Source: Macrostomum lignano (lineage: Eukaryota). Taken from it: DNA of 64,000 bases. Positions 54,288 through 64,000 of the stretch are shown piece after piece. Each line of letters starts with the position of its first letter. Positions within the stretch are counted from its first letter, which is position 1. The translations under genes were made by a program, and so were the position numbers. The DNA lies in the NCBI GenBank assembly GCA_002269645.1, contig NIVC01000012.1, positions 806,001 through 870,000 on the forward strand, written 5' to 3'. A model generated the notes under the pieces. That model saw only the letters and a program-made list of their open reading frames with translations, was not told the DNA's origin and made no database searches.

Positions 54288-57200
54288 TTAATAAGGATAA
54301 TGAGTCGCATTGAGCTGCTGCTGCTGCTGCTGTTGCTGCTGCTGTTGCTGCAATTGCTGCTGCTGCTGCTGAATTGCTGCCGTGTAGCCATTGGCTGCAG
54401 AAGCGCTGCTTACGGCCGCTGCTGCGGCGGCTGCGGCGGCCGCCGGACCGAATGCCTGCTGATAGGCGCCAGCTGCGGAACAATAAGGGTTGGTTTCTAT
54501 TGTGTCTCAGACTGAAGTGCCTAACCAGAATCGGATCTGTCTCTCAGCCAATCAGAATCCGATTCATTTTGTCAGCCAATAAGAATCGGATCTATCTCTC
54601 AGCCAATCAGACTCGGATCAATCTCTCAGCCAATCAGAATTGATTCATTCTCTCAGCCAATCAGAAGCTGATTCATCTCTCAGGCAATCAGAATTGATTC
54701 ATCTCTCAGCCAATCAGAAGCTGATTCATCTCTCAGCCAATCAGAAGCTGATTCATCTCTCAGCCAATCAGAAGCTGATTCATCTCTCAGCCAATCAGAA
54801 GCTGATTCATCTCTCAGCCAATCAGAAGCTGATTCATCTCTTAGCCAATCAGAATATCTTTCATTCTCCCAACCCAACATACCGGCATCCCCGGAAAGTT
54901 GATTCCTCAAGTACTCAAACGCTGCAGTTGAAGAACCGGCTCCGTAAGCGTCCCAATTTGAAGCTGCCGCAGCTGCGGCGGCTGCCGCTGCAGCCGCGGC
55001 CGCCGAAGACGATGAAGGCACAACCGAGGTGGCAGACGATGATGTCACTTGAGTTGGCTGCGGCTGCATCGGAGGCGGTGGAGGCAACTGCGCCGGCTGT
55101 TGCTGCTGCTGCTGATGCTGCTGCTGCTGCGGGTGAGCAGCCATGGCAGTCCAGGCTGGACCGTACGGACCCGGAGGAAAGCCGGGCGGTCTGTACTGGT
55201 GCGCATAGGCGCCCCCAGCATAGTACGAAGCTAGCAGAGCCTGCGACGCCCCGAAGCCAGGCGGCACTGGCACCCGCTCCCGGTCCTGCATGCTCTGAAT
55301 GTCTTCCAGCACTTCGTCGAGAAAATCTCGGCCGGGTATGCCGACAACACCGCCAGGCCCGGTGCTGACCCCGGGGCCGCCGCCCAGCTCAGGCGGTGTC
55401 CAGTGACGCTTCCTAGCGGCCGCTGCTGCTACGGCAGCCTGATTGAACAGGTGCTGCTGATGCTGCTGCTGCTGAAGATGCTGCTGATGCTGTTGCAGCA
55501 ATTGTTGCTGCTGCTGCTGTTGTTGCTGCTGCAAGTGGTGCTGCTGCTGTTGCTGCTGCGGCTGCTGCTGCTGCTGCTCTCGCTGGGGCGCATGAACCGA
55601 GCGAATGTGAGAGCGCAGCGACCACTTGCTTGAGTAGGACTTGTTGCAGTGCGGGCAAGTCTGCTTCTGCTGTTGCTGTTGCTGCGACTGCTGCTGCTGC
55701 TGCTGCTGCTGGATGTGCTGTTGCTGCTGGAAGTGGGCCAGATGTTGCTGCTGCTGCTGCTGCTGCTGTTGTTGCTGGGGAAAATAACTTTGCGCCTGAG
55801 CATACATAGGCATTCTGTACTGCGGATGCTGCTGCTGCTGTTGTTGCAGTTGCTGCTGATGAAGCTGCTGCTGCTGCTGCTGCTGATGATGCTGCTGATG
55901 GTGCTGCTGCTGCTGATGGTGGGCAGGGTGAACGGGCGGAGCGGGCGGCGGGGGCGGCGGCGGAGGCAGCTTCCTTGGCGCGTGATGAGCCTGGTACTGC
56001 TCAACATCGATGCTCTCAGTGTTGGCTAGGATGTCATCCAGGCCAGTCATTGCCGAGCCAAGGAATTTTGTTGGCTGCTGCTCTTTATCCTGGGCTGGAG
56101 GCTGGGATGCTGCCTCATCGGCCTGCAATTATGATGCCATCATCTCATTGATATCTGCGATATTTTATAATTATTTTAAAAGCTTCCTATTCCGTCTAAT
56201 GCAATTTTCAATTCACTTTAGCACTAATTAATATGCCATACCTGGAATCTTACACCTGTTAATACCGGGATCCCACTAACCAGAATCCCACATCTGTTAA
56301 TATCCCATTACCTGAATCTCACATCTGTTAATATCCCACTAACTGGAATCTCACACCTGTTAATATCCAATTACCTGGAATATCACACCTGTTAATATCC
56401 AATTACCTGGAATCTTACACCTGTTGATACCGGGATCCCACTAACCAGAATCCCACATCTGTTAATATCCCATTACCTGAATCTCACATCTGTTAATATC
56501 CCACTAACTGGAATCTCACACCTGTTAATATCCAATTACCTGGAATATCACACCTGTTAATATCCAATTACCTGGAATCTTACACCTGTTGATACCGGGA
56601 TCCCACTAACCAGAATCCCACATCTGTTAATATCCCATTATCTGAATCTCACACCTGTTAATATCCCACTAACTGGAATCTCACACCTGTTAATATCCAA
56701 TTACCTGGAATATCACACCTGTTAATATCCAATTACCTGGAATCTCACACCTGTTAATACCGGGATCCTACTAACCTGAATCTCACACCTGTTTATATCC
56801 CATTACCTGGAATATCACACCTGTTAATATTCAAATACCCGGAATCTCACACCTGTTTATATCACACCTCCAAATTTAGCATCAGTTATTAGAAATTTCT
56901 TAAGTCGAACAGATGTTGCTGCCACTCACTCTGCCTTAGTCTTGACACCACTAATGAAACCCAATAAATTAAAGCATATAAGCGAACCGTTTTAGCTGGC
57001 TCCTCAGAACCATCCGCCAGAACTTTATCTGCCTTCGCAGCTTCCACAGATGTCGAAGGCAGCGCCACATCGCCAGACGCTGTTGTCTTAGATTCGCCAG
57101 AGTCCAACATACCATTGCTGCACTGCTCTGGCGTCTTCTCCCCGGCAGTTGGACTTAGTCGAGCCAATTTCGCTGCTGGCTCCTCGACGGCAGCTTCAGC

Positions 57201-57539
57201 AGCGTTAGCTGAGGCGGCGCTGTCGTCAACGGCGCTACTGTCCTCTGTCTGGTGGCTATCGAATGTCGCAGCAGACTCCTCACCCTCCAGTTCCTGTTCA
57301 GCGGTGTCTGCTGTGTGTTTATCAGCTGCTGCAGCTGAGCCTGTATCATCGCCAACTTGTTGAATTGCTTTTTCAACAGCTGGCACTGTTTCTGCTAGCC
57401 CATCGGCTGCCTCTGGCACAGCTGATGCAATTGGCTCCGATGCGCTGGAACCATTATTAACATCATCATCATTGGCCGCTGTGGAGTCCCGCATCAGAGG
57501 CAATTCTGCGTCAGCGTCTGTCATGTAGGCGGCATGCAA
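54288..57539 (-). CDS. Low-complexity nuclear protein with one C2H2 zinc finger flanked by polyQ, plus polyA/polyP, ~655 aa. Exons ~57539/57524-56988, 56122-54883, 54472-54288
   Basis: QTCPHCNKSYSSKWSLRSHIRSVH finger; acidic N-terminal exon with NLS-like PAAKLARLSP; phases 0 and 1 are consistent. The donor at 56987 (GTTCGC) is atypical, so that junction is less certain. A 5' non-coding exon donor (GAC|GTGAGT) lies near 61482. Confidence 0.8.
54535..54855. repeat. 27-mer minisatellite (CTCAGCCAATCAGAAGCTGATTCATCT) in a zinc-finger gene intron
   Basis: Direct reading. Confidence 0.94.
56245..56865. repeat. ~30-mer minisatellite (CACACCTGTTAATATCCAATTACCTGGAATCT) with higher-order repetition
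   Basis: Direct reading; the variant ACCGGGATCCCACTAAC recurs at intervals. Confidence 0.92.
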
Positions 57540-60500
57540 AAAATATTTATCAACACTGTAAGTAGTGTGTATCGGTTGTCTTGCTAAATAGGTTTAGTTT
57601 AGTTAAATACTAATGTAATAGTATACTTTCATAATATTCTGGATCAAGGGTCAGCAAACTCCGGCCTCTCTATCCCGCCATTGGGTTTTTTGAAAATTCA
57701 AAATAGCAATCCAGCCTAATTAAGTTTGATCTCTTCTCTCTCTCTTATAATAAAGTAGGAAAGAAATTTTGTCAAATTTACTACTGCAATTCTGAAAGTC
57801 AATCCAAATATACTAAATCTCTAAGGTTTGTATGCTTGCTGGCTTGATTGCTTGTCCATAATTTTACATACTAATTTTGCACTGTTTGTCTGTCAGTTTG
57901 TTTGTAGTTGATTTTTTCGAGAACTGTCTGGCCAATTTTTTTCAAATTTGCTTTAAAAAATTCTAATTTTTTTTGGGGATCATGCATAACTTTTTTGATG
58001 AAAAATTTGAATGGGAAGTGGGTCAAATATTTGAAAAACTATTTTTTTAATGCTTTAATGGGCATTCTGTTTCTAAATTAATTGCCCACTTCAACCATTT
58101 AGGCCTCTCCTTGGTCAATGTACAGTGTAAGATGTACATTCACCACAAATAAGCTAAAGGAGTTTTATGACCCTTCGTGTGGCAAGCATTTTCTCATATA
58201 TTTTATTTCAGAATAATCTGAGAGAAATTGGTCACTGGCACATAGAGTGCCAATTTTTTTAATGTTGCTGAGTATATATAAAATTTCAAACAATGAAAAA
58301 ATAGATTTAGAAGGTCAAATATTCAAAAAACAATTTTTCATGCTTTCAATGTTTGGATTTTGAATTCAAATGCTCCCATGGAGGCTTAATGCGCTAGTCT
58401 GTCTTGCACTCATAATGAAATACATAGGCCATGCAACACAATATTGCATATTTTATTTAGCACATATAAACAGTAAGTGTGCAAAAGTTGGCATTTAACA
58501 AAAGCTCACAAAAATTTTACCACACAACAAAGTGTAACAAAAGCAAATTAGAATTGCTACTACATAATGATACATACACAATGTGTTATCAATGTATACT
58601 TTATATGAAATGGAATCTATAAATCCACTATACTAAAAATTGTTTGTCAGTAAGTAGGTTAATGCTATTTGCAATGAATGTATAAGATCAATAATGAAGA
58701 TTACAAAACAAGAAAAACCATTATCCAATAGTTATAGACTAAAGCTGAGATGATATAACTGAGAGTTGACAAAGCCTCTTGGCATTTATTGGATCAATTG
58801 TATAAAAATTTGATAAATAATAAAAAGTAATGTTTATTTAGCTAGCATCAGTCAAATAAACTTTGCAACTACTCTACTTTATTTATTGTTCTATATATAT
58901 TAGCAATATATATATTTCTAATTTTATTGCCTTTTTATTGCTTTATCTACATATATAGCTATTACTTCATTTACCTATCTATTAATTGCTTTATCTAGTG
59001 CTTAGGGGCACTATGTTGTGATACCAATTCAAACTTGAAAACATTATATAACTAATATAACTCAAAAGATAGCTTTTTCTAAAGCTCATACTGAATACTT
59101 AGTATACAAAAAGCAAATCTATTATACTAGCCTATAGGTCATACTCAATTTAAAGATCACTATCAGCCTATTGTTTGTAAAATATTTTATTCTATTCTAT
59201 TTTATCATTGAAAGCTCTTTAAAATCAAATATTAAATGGCTTTATAAACCAAAATTGCACCAATAAAGAATAGAATTTTTTTTTGATCTTAGAATCCTAC
59301 CTTAGCCCAATTTGTTAGGATCCTAAGATTAGCAAAGTCTGAGATATCCCAATCCTAAGAATCCTAGGGTTGGCATAACTTGGGTTTTATATTCGTAATA
59401 CTAGATTGTACCTTGGACTCTATGGTATATATGTATGCTAGAATTTTCTGGTATATACAATTGGCATACAATTTGGCATATAAAAGGGCCTAGTGTACCC
59501 CTTGGTATACATTTAAGCATTGAGATTTCTAAGACAGTAGGTGGGACCAAGTTCTAAGTCTCAATCAATGTACATAGTTACTAGTATACAAAAATGACCA
59601 AGTTCAAATTTGGTAGTCTTTATATATACACTTACAAAAACTAAATTTTAATAAAAAATAGTTTCTTGCCAAAAAATTAATATAAAATTAGTGCTTTGCC
59701 ATAGCTATAGCTACTGTCATAGGATTATATGGCAAATATAATAAAACAAGTGTTTATACCAACTATGGATATGCCTATTATAGATAGCTATTCTTATAGC
59801 TACAACTATACAAATATAGTAGTTGCAGTCATATTCTATAGATTCCCTTTCTATAGCTATAGTTATAAATTAAAAAGTATTAGAAATACTATTTGAAAAA
59901 AAGATATATAATAGATTTTAAAAGTTGTCAATTATTTATACCCTATAAAATATATAAACACTACTAAATTCTAACTTTGATTCATATAAAAAAGTTTACT
60001 AACACTTAGATAGTCAATATTTACAAGCCTTTTTATACTTGTAAAGTTTAATAAAAATGTAAAAATAATTTAATACCATTATCATACTTTATTATAGCCA
60101 AGGTCTAAATTATGCCATACACCCCATATTTCTATGCTAAACTAGGCTCTAGTGTATGAAAATAATAGGCAATAGGGCATAGTAAATAGCAAGCAAAGCT
60201 AAAGGGGAAGCCATTTAGGCCTAAACTTTTGACCATAGTCAAACCTGAGTCATATTTGTATGACTTTAGCAAATTGAAAATAATAGGCCTGCCTACGATT
60301 GCAAAAACCTTTTTGAAAGATATATGATAATGATAAAATTCCTCGTCAGCTACTTAGTACTACTACTTGGTGTTTTTCGGGTGGGCATTTTTGTGACTTC
60401 CATGGTTGGCTGCCAAATTGGTCGGCCACATCGGCCGACTTGGCTGACTGTTGCGCATGTATGATATAGATCTATGTCAATAATTTCCAGCTTATCCTTA

Positions 60501-61299
60501 CAATAGCTTATTCAAATAGCTGCCCTTATTCAAGTCTATAGGCCATATCAATAATTCCAATTTTATATACGTATCCATGTCAATAGTTTTCAACTTATCC
60601 CTATGGCTAAGATTGTGCAACTGTTTATGTTTAGTTTTGTATACATTGTACTGACATTAAATCAATATTGTCATTAGGGCCTATTATTAGGCCCAATATT
60701 ATTATCATTATTCATAATATATTTTGAATTTTTTTATTGTGCAACTAGTGCAAGTCTCATATTTCTCATTTGCCTTAATCTTAGGGTAATTTATTAGCAA
60801 AGTGAATATTTAAAATTAACCCTTTTATTGATAAAAAAGTTTTAACAAAGTACTTGATACTATTTAGTATTTAGCAGTTTATTTGTAAGATTTGTAAAAC
60901 AGTAAAATCAAAAAGATAGTTTTTGAACAGATTCATTTTAAGGTTCTCTATAGGCCTACCAATAAGCTACCATGCCTACATGCCATAGGGATAAGCTGGG
61001 AATTATTATCATGGATATATTATATGTGGATAAAATTCGAATTATCAACACAACACGGGACCAGGGGAATAAGCACTTCTTATGATAATTAGGCTTTTGA
61101 CAAAAATTGGTTCCAGTCTAAAACCAGATTCAGTAGGAAAATGAAAAGCTTTGAACCCATTTTATGTTTGTCAGTCTTTACAAATTAATTTTGTCTTTCC
61201 TTGTCTTTGTTTCTTGGATATGACAAAAAATGGAATAATTAACACCAATAAGAAAAAATTGAAAATTTCAAATCTATTTTACTGTTAAAATGTAAACAT

Positions 61300-62250
61300 G
61301 ACAATGGATCGAGAAAATTTCTCGATCTAAATTCCAGAACCAGAACAGGGTTCTGAAACCGATTCTGAAAACGGAACAGACAACACAAAAAGCTTCGAAC
61401 CGATTCGGAGGTTCTGGAATCGGTAATATAAAAAGCTTAAACAAGTCAACAACAACACAACAAGTGTGATGATACAACTCACGTCACACGAGTTACATAA
61501 GCGAAACTTTACTTAAACCAAATAGCCTTGTTTGAATACTAATGATTTTGTTTAGGCCCCTAGCATGCGAAAAATCACCCTAAGCCATAGTTAGTTAGAA
61601 ACGGCACAGCACACTGTACACGCATCATTTTCTACACAGTTTGAACTCATTTAAAATGAAAAATCACACTACTATTAACACTTTGAATTTTTTGATTTAG
61701 TAAACAAAGTGAACTATAGCATTTTGTTTAGTAGCATACTTACTGAAATATTGAAAACACGAAAGCTAAAAAAGATATTTTATAACAGCCAAGTAAAAGC
61801 AAATGCTGTGTAAAACAGTTTTTAGTTCTAAGAAAATCAGTGTGTTTGAATTCAAAACCACCTTAATGTGGCCCGCCGCTCGCCGCGCCTGTATAGCGAC
61901 GTTATGTTAATCGTAGGAAACCAATCGTTTATTGGTGCGGTCGTTCATTGATAGATATACGTAACCACTTTAATAATTTGCAGTTAACAACAGGCAACCT
62001 ACGTAACGAAAGATTCTGTTTTGTTGCCCTTCTAGTTTTCTTTGAATTTCTGTATTTTTATTTTTACTTATATTGGGAGTCGGGACTTGGGCCTGCTAAA
62101 TACAGCTTATGCTCCTAGCTAAACCTCGCGGGACTAGGCCTATCTGTAAAAGTGTAAATTAAATATTTTCGCTATGTATTTCTCCATTCGACCTACCCAT
62201 TTTATTTTTCACTTTGCTATTGTTATTTATCGCTATAGTCTCGTGGCTTG
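61300..62250. promoter_or_regulatory. CpG-rich putative promoter of the zinc-finger gene, possibly bidirectional
   Basis: Abrupt CpG enrichment, GC-box-like GGCCCGCCGCTCGCCGCGCC, CCAAT and ATTGG at ~61921-61937, minus-strand donor at ~61482. Confidence 0.55.
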
Positions 62251-64000
62251 TGTTTTAGAGTCCTTTAACAGCAATATATTTCTTAGTGAAAAATTTGCTA
62301 GCAATGGCCCTGATGGGCTTAGAACTGCCCATAAAATTTTGTTAAATGACACCAACTTAGACGATGACTATCTTATTCAATTCTTGCATAATAGAATTTT
62401 GAACTTGAATTTTCATCAGCATCAATATGGTGATGGTGCTAGGTCTAGTAGTAAGAATATCAATGCATCATATTTTCCTTCACTTTTGTAAGTATCATTT
62501 TAAAATAATTTGATTTAAATGTAAATTATTTTTTTGCTTTTTAACTAGACAATGACATTTTTAATAAAGCAAAGTATTCTTGCATTTTAAAACTAAAAAA
62601 ACTAGGCCTAATTCTTAGACCTATTAATATTACTCTGGATCATGTAGTATATGCCCAAAAATTCAGGCATGCATTGGCCTTGTAAGCCAAAAATTAGGCA
62701 TGTATAGTTGCAACACTAGCCTAGTCTAGATTTAAGAATATGGATATGCACTTAATTTTTTGGCATTTGTAACTGTCAAATTTTGTTTAGGCATGCACTT
62801 AACCTATAGTTCAGAAGGCAACATGTATGCTAGGATTTCCTGGTGTACCAGGGTCAGGATTGTATGCCACTGTACGCTGGAACAAAAATTGCTTCCATAG
62901 CTCATGCATGCCAATGTACGCCAACAAACTTTTTATCGCATACAAAAATATGCCAAAATAAAAATTACAAATTACAACTAAACTAATATTAAAAGCTTGC
63001 AAAATTTTAATATTCAAACAACCTATGTTATAACTGAAAATATTTTTACTAAACTGTAGAGAACTAGTTCATTTTAACTATTTTTGTTTTACTTTTACTT
63101 TCTTAGAAAAGTTAAACCCTTTTTTAATTTAGTTTTCTGTTTTTTTTCTTGAAAGGCTGGCTATTCTTTCTGATCAAAATTTTGCTACTGTAACTATATA
63201 AATGGAAACTATGCCAAATGTAAACTTAATCATTTTTGTATGCTAGTCTCAGCAATCTTTATATGCCAAGCTATACACCAAGAGGGCATGCCAGGCGCCT
63301 TTGTACACCAAGTTGTATGCCAATGTGTAATCTAGGTCCCTCTGTACGCTGGAAAATTCCGGCGTACATGTATCCCATTCGGAGTCTGGCCAATGTACAT
63401 ACATGCGCAACACCCCTGATTTACACTGGCCATATGACTTAGTTTTTGACCAAAAATGTGACTTAAAATGTGACCTATGAATAAAACCCTAAAGCAAAAT
63501 TAATGTAGTTTTGGGTAAATAGCAGGAGTAACTGTGACTGTCTTATCAGGCCTAAATGCCTCAGCATCTAATTAGTACTATATTTGTATTTTCTAGGGTG
63601 GCATTTTTGCAACTTACCCCTTGTCCACCACAATTTATGGTGGCCAGATTGGCCAAGTTGGCTAGCAGTTGTGCATGTATGCCGGTGTATAACAAAGATA
63701 CTTGCCATTTTTCAGCATACATCAGCATACATCCCAGCATACATAACACAGTGCAAAAATTTTGGCTTGCATGTCTGACATACCTACATATATATTAAGA
63801 TCAAATAAAGTGACTTTATATAGAATATGCTATATGCAACACTGTCATTACGGAACAAAGAATACTAAAAAAACAAATTTAAACTTTTTTTCTTAAAAAC
63901 AATAAAAAGTATTTAATATGCTTTTTTATAATTGTACTTTCTCATTGCACATTGCAAAAGTGCATAATTTTAAAGTTTGTTACTCTGCATAAATAATAAA

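Noticed and set aside
55403-56029. Poly-Leu and poly-Ser ORFs
   Set aside because: Shadow frames of the CAG-rich polyQ exon.
62174-62491. 105-aa ORF ending at a GTAAGT donor-like site
   Set aside because: AT-rich with no domain similarity; could be a 5' exon of a divergent gene but is unsupported here.

Overview
Eukaryotic (animal) genomic DNA with GT-AG introns, GC-rich exons and many intronic micro- and minisatellites. The style suggests the flatworm Macrostomum, but this is inference and unconfirmed. I reconstructed eight protein-coding genes by hand, checking splice phases. (1) 3' end of a cadherin, + strand, <1-3907. (2) DOC2/rabphilin-type double-C2 protein, -, 6552-12364. (3) Rh-type ammonium transporter, -, 15041-23182. 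(4) Secreted conodipine/PLA2-fold protein lacking the catalytic His-Asp, -, 27105-27770. (5) Secreted double inhibitor-cystine-knot peptide, -, 30537-31584. (6) Complete 28-exon cadherin with ~20 repeats, -, 33525-48031, an inverted paralogue of gene 1. (7) Secreted PAN-like + fibrinogen-domain protein, +, 49919-51440. (8) PolyQ/polyA single-C2H2 zinc-finger protein, -, 54288-57539. Mobile elements include CORE-type tRNA SINEs, 3' fragments of a LINE, hAT-type and foldback MITEs, and >25 tandem repeats. Most long ORFs in the supplied track are stop-free repeat artefacts. Best leads: the adjacent toxin-fold secreted pair (pseudo-PLA2 plus double knottin); the convergent cadherin paralogues with a shared unassigned membrane-adjacent domain and tail motif; and CpG deserts flanking a CpG-rich promoter, with direct CG-to-TG/CA decay between repeat copies that points to germline DNA methylation.
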